Below, piece after piece: positions 39,605-51,461 of a stretch of DNA of 64,000 nt. Both the position numbers and the translations under genes were made by a program. The stretch is taken from assembly GCF_006345805.1 (NCBI RefSeq), contig NC_043006.1, positions 30,628,001 to 30,692,000 of the forward strand. Reading direction: 5' to 3'. The notes under the pieces are model-generated. The model did not search any database and had not been told where the DNA came from. It was given only the letters and a program-made list of their open reading frames with translations. Each line of letters begins with the position of its first letter. The stretch's first letter is position 1. The stretch is from Octopus sinensis. Lineage: Eukaryota.

Positions 39605-39648
39605 TTACAGTTGAAAAGGTCTCAAAATGACCGAAACCGGTACTGAAA
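39605..39648 (+). ncRNA. Apparently intact minimal type-I hammerhead ribozyme, U3-A8 variant
   Basis: CAG-UUGAAAA-GGUC(UCAAAAU)GACC-GAA-ACCGGU-A-CUG. Stems I and II are perfect, stem III is palindromic, and the GUA triplet predicts cleavage after 39642. Confidence 0.7.
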
Positions 39649-41251
39649 TGTTCTTTATAAAATTATTTTAGCATTTTCTATTTTGACTTGTTTTTTCATA
39701 TATATATATATATATATATAATATATATATATATATAATATATATATATATAAATGAAAAATGCATTGTAAATAAACAATACGTAAAAAATGTATACATA
39801 TAAGACACATAGGCTCTGTAATTCTTCACCAGAATGGTAAAACTCAGTTTTGCACCTTTATTGATAAGACTGAGGAGGCTTCCCATTTTGGAGGTGCCTG
39901 CAAAGATGCAGAGAATCAGGTCTTAAGCAAGCAAAACAAAACAACACAAAGTGGACATATGAAAGTTAAAAAATATGTAATTTAAGACGATGGACAAAGA
40001 TGAAACAAGTAAAATTATGGTCTTGCAGCCAAAAGGCATCAGTGGTAGGTAACACTTCGAAGAAATCTTGAAAGATATAGACAACAGAGAAAGACAGAGA
40101 AAGATTTTTTGTGACCAAACCACTTGGAGGCCAGTAAGAAAGAGAGAATGAAGGGAAACTGGCCATGGGTCAGCGGCAGGTGGAGGAGACAGAGAGAGAG
40201 AGAGAGAGAGTGACAGAGAAGATAGAGAGAAAATAAGGGAAGAAAGGAAGGGGGAAAGGAGAAAGGCTACAAATACATGTAAGAGGGCAAGAGAGAGCGG
40301 ACAAAGGTAAGAAAGAAAGAGAGAAAGAAAGAAAGAGTAGAGTAGGGTCACACTGAATATATGTAAACTTACTGTTAATAAATGTCTGGTAGTGTGTTGT
40401 GTATTGTTACTTGTGCAGGTCCCTCTGAGGAGGGCAAACTAACCTATATATACATACATACAGATACACACACATATATATTATTTCATAACAAGAATAG
40501 TGTTGACAGTGACTGAAATTTTGGCCTGCTTAGCCTTCATTGGACTGTGGTACATTCGAGTTCATCTTGACTCTATATACTCTTAGGAAAGTTGAATTAT
40601 TCTGGATTAGATGGAGCTCTTTTGAATGATAATTAGGTTGCAGGGTAGGTTCTGATGGAAAGATATTATGGGAGATTTTAATTGATTAATTTGGAGTAGT
40701 GTTACTGCTTAGAATTTCATCATGCATGTAGAACTTTGTAATCAGGTGTGTCTATTTAGGCGTGTCAGCCCAGTCACCCAGTTGACTCCTACGTATCATT
40801 TCAGGTATATTCATTCCCACTCTACTTTAAGGGCATGTCCTGACACATATCCACCATTCTCTCTCTCCATCTCTATCTTTGTCTCTAAGTCTCTTTTTCT
40901 CTCTTTTCTCCTCCAACTGGGAAATCCTTATATTTCCTTTACAGCAAGACACCTATCTCTATCCTTCTATTATTCTTTTAATCTTCCATCAAAACCAACC
41001 ACCTCCTTCCATACAACTCCACACACTCTGTCAAGGGGACATTGTCTTGTCCTGCAAGTTTCTTGGTAACCCCACTGGTGTTGATGCTGTGCAAAAAGCA
41101 TCCAGTACACTTTGTGAAGTTGTTGGTGTTAAGAAAAGTGTCCAGTCATAAAAACCATGCCAAAACAGACAATAACATTTGACATAGCCCTCCAGCTTGT
41201 CAACTCTTGACAAACTATCCAACCTGTGCTAGCACAGATAATGGATATTAA

Positions 41252-41284
<33 letters not shown>

Positions 41285-42545
41285 TATATATGTGTAGCAG
41301 GAATATTGGCAGATCCCAAACACCAAATCCCTGCCAAGGAATCAAAAACCTAGATCACTGCGTTCACATGTAAATACACTATCAGGATTTTTAGAGGTTG
41401 AAGACATCAGCAAACAACTGAACAATCAAATCTCTGGTAGAAATTGCTATATCCAAATGTAAAGAACAAATAAGTAACATGAATGTGATTCGCTCAATGA
41501 TTGATGATGTCAACAAAGAACTGACCATTTGAATTTCGAGTAGATGCAAAATATCACTATCATTTTCTTTTTGGGTGTCTTTTTCTTTTGACAAATTATT
41601 ATCTATATAGAGGATTATCTGTCTAGTGGTTACCAGTGGTGGTACACAGCTGCTAAAACACACGCCACTCATGATTATTGTCTTTCTCAATGCACAGCAA
41701 CTCTCACAAACTATTTAACATTTAGACGGATGTTGAAGGTGGAAGAGATATGAAGGGTGGAAAGAAATGAGGTGAACATATTTTACAGGATGGATAGTTC
41801 AAACTGTGCATGAACGACAGAAAAAAAAAACTGGATATAAAAGAATTTGAATGTAGTGAATGAGAGAGAAGACTTGGTTGGTATGGACATGTGATGTGTA
41901 TAGCAGTTAACAAGAGAGTACAAGGAAATGACAGATGAGTACAGATGTACCAAGCAATCAAAATGGGGAGGACTTGCATGAGAGAAACCTAAATATATGG
42001 AAAAAAATAGTGAAAAGTGATGTCAAGAAGACGAATTTCATGTAGATGACAACTGCAAAAAGAAACAAGTCACTTGAAAAGGCCTGTCCTATACTGGAAA
42101 GCATGGAAAATCAGGTATGAAATAATGAAGATGCTGATATACATATGAGCATCATCTTCATTATCTTAAAGAAGTTTGTTGTCAGAGGTTAAGTAACTTT
42201 TGTGAAGCTTTCCTACAGACATGAAAATATTGTTTCAAACCAGTATTTCTCAACCTTTTGAAGTTCAGTGCTATCTTTTACCAAATGCTGTTTTGGAAAT
42301 GTCCTTAGATATTGCATCTCCCCATAAAAAACAAAAACAAAACAAAAAAACCCAGATTATTTTAATCAAACCGAAGCTAATTTTTGCTTTATTATCCACA
42401 GGTTTCATATACTTTTCTACTTAGTATTTGCCACTTTTTAGACATTTGTATAGACTTGTGCCATCTACATGAAATTATATAAGAAAATTATATTTCAATT
42501 TATATTATTAGTTTAGAACAAAAAACATTCCTATTTCAGTTTTAA

Positions 42546-44480
42546 TGGGTCATTCCATAAATAATGCAGTTTTTTTATACTTCTTTTATTTTTCAAAATT
42601 AAGATAAGCAAATCCTCCTCCTCCTCCTCATTTAACATCTGCTTTCCATGCTAGCATGGGTTGGACGATTTGACTGAGGACTGGCGAACAAGATGGCTGC
42701 ACCAGGCTCCAATCTGATCTGGCAGAGTTTCTACAGCTGGATGCCCTTCCTAATGCCAACCACTCCGAGAGTGTAGTGGGTGCTTTTACATGCCAGTCAT
42801 GTAGTACTGGCAATGGCAATGCTCAAATTGTTTTTTTTTATGTGCCACCCGCACAGGAGCCAGTCCAGCGGCACTGGCAACAACCTCACTCGAATGTTTT
42901 TCATGTGCCACCAGCACAAGTGCCAATAAGGCGATGCTGGTAACGATCACGCTTGAATGGTGCCTTTTACGTGCCACCAGTATGGAAGCCAGTTTGTTGC
43001 TCTGGCAATGATCATGCTCCGATGGTGCTCTTAGCACTCCACTAGCACAGACGCCAGTCATTGAATTTAATTTCAGCTTCGATTTCACTTGCCTCAACAG
43101 GTCTTCGCAATCAGAGTTTAGTGTCCAATGAAGGAAAGTTATGCATAAGTGGGCTGGTTACACCCCTGGCGTAGGCCACGAGGTTATGGTCTCACTTTGC
43201 TTGCCAAGTCTTCTTAAGCACAGCATATTTCCAAAGGTCCTGGTCACTAGTCATTGCCTTGGTGTTCTTTAATAATCAAAAATATATCCTCTTCCATTTT
43301 CTACAATGCTCTTCCATCTCTCTGGTTGACTTGCAAGGACCCTTTTCCAAAATTCACTTGTCCGCGTGAAAAAATACTCCTCTAGTACTGTTTTGACCTC
43401 ATCTACAGAATTCATATTTTTTCCGTCCAAATGATTTTGAAGACTGCAGAATAAATGATAATCAGATGGGGCAATGTCGAGCGAATATGGTGGGTTGGGC
43501 ATCATTTCACATTCAGACTGCTCCAGCCTTTGGAATGTCATCCTCGCTGTATGTGACCGATTATTATCCTGATGGAAGAACACCTTTTGTCTTGAAACCA
43601 AAGATGGTAGTTTTTCTTCTAGCACTGACTTAAACTGCTCAAGCTGCTCACAGTAGATCTCCATTGTTATCATTTGGTTTGGGTTTAAAAGTTCCAAGTG
43701 AACTAAACCTTTCATATCTCACCAAACAGATAACAATACCTTATGTGGTTGAAGACCTTCTTTAGCCTGGGGTGCCAGTGTTTCTCCTTTCCCTACCCAC
43801 TGTCTTCGGCACTTGACATTTTTGTAGAGAACTCATTTCTTGTCATCAGTCCCAAAATTGTTCATTCATGAAATATGACAACAAAGAAGAGCAAATATTC
43901 ATTCTCTGCGAGTTATTAGACTTGGAAAGTTTGTGAGGAACCCACTGACGCAATTTGCTGACTTTTCTGATGGCACACAGAGTCGATGAATAATTGAATG
44001 ACCAAATCCAAGCTTCTCTGCTACTTCCTCAACAGTTACAATGGGATTTTGTTCTACCAGAGTTTGTAGGATGTCCTTGTCAAGCTCTACAGATCTTCCA
44101 GGTTGTGCCTTGTTTTCGTGGCTGTAGACTCCAGCTTGGAATTTCTGGAACCACCGTTGACACTGGCTTACATTTATTGTCTGATCTCCATATACTGCAT
44201 TAATATTCCTTGCACTTTTTGTTGTGTTGTTGCCTTCATTGAATTCATAAAGCAAAACATGCCAAATATGCACCTATGTCACTTCCATTATAGCTGTAAA
44301 AAAATGACTTAAAATCGATCTGCTCTCTTCAAAACTTGCACTAAGAATAAGTTGAAGGTAAAAATTACTATCTGCTTTTATGGCAAGTTGATGCAGGTAG
44401 TTTATCCCGTTCCCCTCCGACTTTTAGTTCATACAATTGAAAAATCCACATTATTTATGAGATGTTCCAATTTTAAATGA
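42546..44480 (-). mobile_element. Near full-length decayed mariner (D,D34D type) with a SINE inserted near its 3' end
   Basis: HTH part (LYEF...QCQRWFQKF...GR), WVPH-like linker, HQDN, HPPYSPDIAPSDYHLF-like segment (NPPYSLDIAPSDYHLF). Both ends share the core cataaataatg. Confidence 0.88.
42615..43265 (-). mobile_element. Long (GAT/GAG)n-tailed SINE copy inserted in the mariner 3' end
   Basis: Family core in reverse orientation with about four modules; mariner sequence resumes on both sides. Confidence 0.75.
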
Positions 44481-44742
44481 AATATTAACTTTTGTCACTG
44501 GTGTTGATGAATGAAGTTCATTTATCAATATTTGGTTCTCTTAACTTTTTAGCATTTAAACCAACCATATAATGGCCCAAATATTCTTCTTGTTTCATGT
44601 AGAAGCTATTCAACAACTGATTATATTCATTATATAAATCCTTAAATTCCACAGACAAAAAATTGTAACCAGCTGCCTTGTGCTTGAAACAGTTGTTTCT
44701 GTCCACTGATAACATCATGGCCCTCTTGTTTATTGACAATGG

Positions 44743-44779
<37 letters not shown>

Positions 44780-44813
44780 GAAGGAAAAATAGGAGAGTGC
44801 CATTGTTATCAAG

Positions 44814-44854
44814 TGAACGATATTTCAACATCTCGTGTGTCTTCCACAGGTTCA
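44814..44854 (-). ncRNA. Minimal hammerhead motif (U6 variant)
   Basis: UGAAC-CUGUGGA-A-GACA(CACGAGA)UGUU-GAA-AUAU-C-GUUCA; 5-bp stem I, palindromic AUAU, AUC triplet. Confidence 0.6.
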
Positions 44855-44966
44855 AAAAATAAATGTCAATCTACTTCATTTTGGCTAATATTTATAGGAT
44901 TGAGGTAACTCCTCCAGCAGATATAAATATTAACCAAAATGAAGTAGATTGACACAGTTATTTTTT

Positions 44967-45007
44967 TGAACCTATGGAAGACACATGAGATGTTGAAATA
45001 TCATTCA
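44967..45007 (+). ncRNA. Degenerate inverted copy of the 44814-44854 hammerhead motif (G5 to A)
   Basis: UGAAC-CUAUGGA-A-GACA(CAUGAGA)UGUU-GAA-AUAU-C-AUUCA. Confidence 0.45.
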
Positions 45008-46214
45008 CTTGATAACAATGGCACTCTTCTATTTTTGCTTCTATATCTTCTGGAGAAGTTACCTCAGTCCTATATATTATCATTATTATTATTATTATTA
45101 TTATTATATTATTCAGGTCACTGCTTCGAATCGAACTCAGAATCTTGGGGTTAGTAGCCTGCATTCTTAACCACAATGCCATATGCCGTCAAATATAAAT
45201 AATGTAAATAATGTATAAAATTCCTCAACTCTTAAATACAGAACTGTGGTACTTATTTTGTCAACCTTGAAAGGATGAAAGGCAAAGCTGACCTCAGCAG
45301 AATTTGAACTCAGAACATGGAAACAGATGAAATGTCACAAAGCATTTTGACTGGCATGCTAGCCATTCTGCCAGCTTGCCACCCTTAAATACATGAATAT
45401 TAATGATATATAACGATTACACTTACCTTGTATATATTTAGTTGAGAACTCACCTGGTGTTCCCAATGGGGAAGTTTAATTTTTCAGCTGGTCAATATTA
45501 TTTATTCTATCAATAAGACGAGGAAAGAACTTGATTTCAAAAGTCGATGCTGGATGTTATCTCTTCACCTTAGCCGGGTTAAAGATGGAAATGAACTTCA
45601 AAAGCCACACATCAGCAATGAACTCTCCCAGATGAACAGGAAGCAAGAATGAGTCTGACTAATGAATTAATACATGAACAACCTGTTACCATGCTGAAAC
45701 ATAATTATGGACTCTTCCAATGGGTTACCTAACTCACACACATACACATACACATGCACACACATAAGAAGACTGTTTTAATCTTTTGGGTTTTCTCTGT
45801 GGATTTTACTAAAAGAAATTCCTTATATTTCAGTCCCCTAAAATTTATTCTACAAGTTTTTTATAGTATTGTTTGATTAGTTTTTTTCTGTTTTTTTTCT
45901 CCTTTCAGTTTTAAAATCATTTGATTTCTTCTCCCACCCTCCATTGTTCCATAATAACAAAATGGATTCTTCCTTGCAAAGCCTCAAACTCAGCTGACAG
46001 AATGTCATCTATCCGTCAAGTCAGTCAGAGATTAAAACAAATCCTTTGTTTTTACATGTCCGGCTGGATTTGATAAGTACTCCCCATCCAACCTCCCATC
46101 TTACCCGCTCCCCCTGCTGGAGATTGGAAATTAGGAATTTCTCCCTCTCCCTCCTACACTGGTCAAGAGGAAAATGGAAAAAAAAGTCCAACAAAAGGAT
46201 AACAAAAAATATAT

Positions 46215-46253
46215 ATATGAATTGATGCTGCTGCTGCTGTGATGATGAGGATA

Positions 46254-46295
<42 letters not shown>

Positions 46296-46873
46296 GTGAT
46301 GGTGATGATGGTGATGTTGATAATAATGATAATGATGGTTGTGATGGTGATGATGATGATGCTGATAATTAAAATTAATGATGAGGATGATGAAGGTGCT
46401 GGTGGTGGTGATGATGATGATAAAGATGATGGTGATGATAATGTTGATGCCACTGCTGCTGCTGCTGCTACCACCATTGTCCCTGCTGCTGTTGATGATA
46501 AGGATGACGATGAAAACAGAATGGAGATTTTGATGACAATGATGATGAGGGTAATGGTAATGATGATGATGATGATGAGGATGGAAGTCAATAAGAAAGA
46601 TCAATTACTTCAAATCTCTGGCTAAATTTAGAAATTGTCTTCTTTCTGAAGGCACACAATTATATCTAATTAAGAACGCCCTGCCCCCTCCCTCGTGTGT
46701 GTCTGTGATTTTTTTTATATACATTAACACACACACACACACATTCATACATACATACATACACACATACATACATTCATACATGCACACACATACATAC
46801 ATACACACATACATACACATATACATACATATACACATACATACACACATACATACATACACGCATACATACA

Positions 46874-46900
<27 letters not shown>
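46215..46900. repeat. Compound microsatellite: (GAT/GGT/GCT)n followed by (CATA)n/(CA)n
   Basis: Direct inspection; the source of spurious poly-His, poly-Met and poly-Ile ORFs. Confidence 0.9.
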
Positions 46901-46905
<5 letters not shown>

Positions 46906-49488
46906 ACAAAACACTCCTAAAAACCAATGATTTTTAAGGGTTGGTCCTTTTGGATGAGTGGAATTAGACCAAGACCCAGGTGGAGCCTTTAGGACCAAGG
47001 ATCTATTCTACACGGGTTGCTGGTCATGAATAAAGTGTCTGTACCAATGTCTCCACTTTTCATGGCTTTATTCAAGTTGAATAGATTTTCTCTTGTCAAA
47101 TTTCCCACTTTATGTGGGAAATCCTTTCCTGTCTCCATTATAAAAGTTGAAAATCTTGAGATCAACTTTCACAACTTCTTTGTATATCTTCTTTAATCTT
47201 TCTTTTTTCTCAGGATCCTTCCACTTTCATTGCTTCATACTTAATGCTCTCCATACATTTATCACATGACCAACCTTTTCTCTTCTACACAATATTTCAT
47301 TCCTCTTTCTGTATTTCTCCTCTTATTCCCCAACACATCCTTCTTTTCTTTCCAGACTTTGCACATCATACATTCAGCCTTTTGCTCAAACAAAGAACCT
47401 TTTTGAAAGGTTGTTTTCCATTCCTTTCTTACTCTGAATCATTCATCCCTGCTGCTAATTAATGCCCCGAGTAATGAAAGCTATCAGCATTTTCTAGGAA
47501 ACCTTTTGAACAGTTAAATGAATTTATTACATAGCTGTTCTAACTCCTCCTCTGCATGTATGTATATGTGTGTGTGCATTTGTGTGTATAAAACAAATGA
47601 AAAGCTGTTATACATCAACACAGCCCCTTACCACCCACCTACAGTTTTAAAAATTTTGCAAAGAGAATTAGTAGAAAGATTTTGTTCCCCAAAGAACGAT
47701 TCTTTGATACAGTGGCCCCCATTACAACAAAGCTTTGGCAGCCAGCAGCTTTAAAGACTTGCACCACCATTATGCCCAACACTAACACCTGCAAGAGAAA
47801 GTGCTACCAAAATGTCTTCTGGTTTGAACCCTATTCTCACTCAATATGAAAACTTGCATGGGAAGAGGCGTTCCTTAGATTAGTAGATAAGCATTTTACT
47901 TAGGATCATAGGTATAGGAAATTATTCAGTAGACATAACTTGTTCAGCTGTGCACTTACAATCAAAAACAAATTAGTGAATATGCCAAGACCCTGGGCAG
48001 AGACAGGATGCTCATGTAGGGTTTACAGTGAGTGCCTAGTGAATGGTCAATGCAAAACAGAAACCATGGTCTATGAAACAAATGTAGTGTTGTCCAAAAA
48101 CAATGAAACTACATAGATACAGAAATATGTTGAAGCAATGGAGACCCTCTTTAAGGCTTGGCTGAATAATCACAGCTCCTTGTTTAGAATCCAAAAGAGG
48201 TGCAATGTTACAAAACTAAACAGCTGTGATGATTAAAAGAGGAAGCAATGTCATAGAAAATTAACTGAAAATTTCTGAAATGACTTGTGACTGTATCTAA
48301 ATGGAAGTAAGCATACCAAGCTTTGCTTAGTGGAAAAAAAAGTCATTCTAAAAAATTCACACCTTCTGGATTTTTCCTGAACTAACAAAGCAAAATATTT
48401 GGATGCTGACTTCATGAGTGGAAATTTGTTTTGGCAATGTGGTTGTTCCCATTTCTGGACTGGGAACAACATACACAGACACATGTAACTGACACATTTT
48501 AACCATGGCTTACAACTATCCATGAGAAGGAACTCTTCTCTCACTCCTGGAAAATGTTCTCTATGTTTCATTCTGGTACATTTTACTGATACTGACCCAA
48601 CAAAGGTCTATATTTACCTCCAACGTAAAAGAGGTTATGTGCTTCTGGTTAGTAAGTCATGAGAGTCATCAATATTACCAAGTACACACACACACACTGG
48701 TCTTGCTTCTGTCAGCTTCAAAGTCCTTATAAAAGCCTTATTATCAGCTTCCATCCATACAAGTCAAAAAATTCTCCTTTCTAATACATCTGGTGTCACT
48801 GAAATGCCAGCCTCATTCCTAACATTATGTGATTTGCCTGCCTTGACCAATAGCAACTGATTTTCCAGTAGCCAGCTTGGACTTCCTGTATTTCTTCCTT
48901 CAGTAATCTGAGCCTCAATGAGCCAGTGAAACTTTGTGTTGCACGGAGCCAAACCAAACTGTTTTAAATAACAATATATTTACTAGATGTGTTGAGTACC
49001 ATGGATATGTATGTGTATATCTGTATATGTGTGTGCATGTGTGTTTGCTACTGTCTCCTTGCCTTGATATTGTCCGATTGTTGTAAACGAGTGTCACTGT
49101 CATGCAAGTGGTGTCCTTCCTTCCCAGTCTTCCAAGACATGTCTGGCCATGGGGAATTATTACCTTATTTGGAAACAGGGGAGGCTTGGCTACAGGAAGA
49201 GCATTCGGTTGTAGAAAATATACCTAAATAAACTACATCCAATCCGTTCAAGTATGGAAAAGACGAAGATGATGATGAGTGTGATGATAGTGATGATGAT
49301 GCTGCTGCTGATGGTGGTGGTGATGATGATGATGATGAGGAGGAGGAGTAGGAGGAAGCGGGGGAGGGGGATACATTGATGCATATGCATTTACATATTT
49401 TTGTTGCTAGATCCAATCTAAAGTAGGAAGTAGATGCAAATGAGAATTTTAGTTTGCGTATCAGCTCAGTGAAAATTCACTTTGACAG

Positions 49489-49489
<1 letters not shown>

Positions 49490-49538
<49 letters not shown>

Positions 49539-49544
49539 CATTAC

Positions 49545-49580
<36 letters not shown>

Positions 49581-49630
49581 TATCATTATCATTATAATTA
49601 TAATTATTATTATTATTATTATTATTATTC
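49490..49630. repeat. (ATT)n microsatellite
   Basis: Direct inspection. Confidence 0.95.
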
Positions 49631-49986
49631 AGCTGTCAATATTTACTTATTCTGAACTGAAAGTAACAACTGGTTATTAAAGCATAATAAAAACCTGGAC
49701 ATGATTGATTTCTACAGAAACAAAATCTATAAACCTAACAGCAGGGGTGGGGGAGGGGGGAGGAGGGAGTTTCAGATCTTTTATCTTTGACTTGTTTCAG
49801 TCATTACACTGTGGACATGCTGGAGCAATGCATCGAAGAATTTTTAGTCAAACAAGTTGACCCAATCACTTTTTTTTAAAGCTTGGTACTTATCCTATCG
49901 GTCTCTTTTGTTGAACTGCTGAGACATGGGGATGTGAACAAACCAATACTAGTTGTCAAGCAGTAGTGGGAAAAACCTTTGACCCA

Positions 49987-50025
<39 letters not shown>

Positions 50026-50337
50026 TCAAAGGACATACTGAGTATGTCTACCTGCTGGAAATAACAGTCAAAACTCTTATTTAAACTGCGGAAAAAATAG
50101 CACTGATTATAATTACAGAAATCAACTGTCTGCGAGCAAACAGATCACGAAAATCATTCAACATACTTATATAGCATCCAGCTATATATTTTCTAGTATT
50201 TGGACTCATGTGGACTTGTTTCTGGACTGGCATTATAGCTTTACCTTCCTCAGCATATGTTACCATGATGAAAAGATCTCCCAACCCGTCATGATTTAAT
50301 TTGTTTTGTGCCCAATCATAGCAGTCTCAGTGTGAAA

Positions 50338-50587
50338 ATAATTCCAATGAGAAGCAAATAATTCAGCAGAAAATATTTGCGAAGATATTATTAACTCTAT
50401 TATTATCTAGAATAATATAATTAAATTGATAATAACAGAATTAGCTATTTAATGCTTTTTTGGGGGCCTGCAATCGCCTATATTATAAATTCTGTTATTT
50501 TCAATTTAATTATATTACCCTGGATTATAATAGAGTCAATAATATCTTCACAAATATTTTCTGCTGAATATATTTGCTCCTTACTGG

Positions 50588-50593
<6 letters not shown>
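50338..50593. repeat. Long imperfect inverted repeat (about 105-bp arms, 45-nt loop)
   Basis: 50338-50442 pairs with 50488-50593, with scattered mismatches. Confidence 0.9.
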
Positions 50594-50638
<45 letters not shown>

Positions 50639-50782
50639 TATATATATATATCATCATCATCATCATCGTTTAGCGTCCGCTTTCCATATATATGGAGAGT
50701 TTACGAAAAAAACAAAAGACGAAGACAGGTGGTGTACAAAACAAACAGATGTATTAGTATAATGCTCAGGAATAGAAAAAGT

Positions 50783-50818
50783 CTTTTACATTTCGAGCCT
50801 ACGCTCTTCTACAGAAAG
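50783..50818 (-). ncRNA. Minimal hammerhead motif (U6 variant)
   Basis: CUUU-CUGUAGA-A-GAGC(GUAG)GCUC-GAA-AUGU-A-AAAG; stems I and II are perfect, GUA triplet. Confidence 0.6.
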
Positions 50819-51461
50819 GGACAAAGAAAAAACAAGGAAGAAACAAGGAGAGAAAAAAGTGTGTGTAGTGACTAATGATCTATCATGGCGACATACATAT
50901 ATACATGACTGGTTTCTTTCACCTTCTGTCTACCAAATCCACTTGCAAGGCTTTTGTCAGCTCAAGGTAATAATAGAAGACACTTGCCCAAGGTACCACA
51001 CAGCCATGCTTGTACCTTGTGTGTGTGTGTTTGTGTGTGATTGTGTTTCTGTTTACATCTCCATAACTCAACAGTTCAGCAAAAGAGACTGATAAAATAA
51101 TTACCGGACTTAAAAAAAAGTACTGGGGTTGATTTGATCGGCTAAAATTCTTTACACATGCCCCCCCCACACACACACACACAGACACACAAGCACTAAT
51201 ATACACATGAACTTACCACATTCTGTATACATCGCTTTCACACTTTGTAAAATATTTTTTCAGAAAATTTTGATATCAAACAAGAAGCCAAATCTAAACT
51301 TGGATTGTAGAACACATATCATCATTATCATCATCATCATCCTCATCATCATCATCATAATCATCATCATCACCATCATCATCATCATTATCACCATCAT
51401 TATCATCATCGTTATTTTCATCACCATCTTCCTCCTCCTTCTCCTCATCATCATCATTTAA

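Larger units (their letters stand above)
44778..45077. repeat. Fold-back structure A-B-A'-B' between (ATT)n tracts
   Basis: 44778-44896 is the reverse complement of 44922-45043 (about 90% identical by eye); the spacer 44897-44921 reappears inverted at 45044-45070. Confidence 0.9.

Noticed and set aside
46131-46625. Poly-His, poly-Met and poly-Asp ORFs
   Set aside because: Trinucleotide microsatellite with no splice context or domain.
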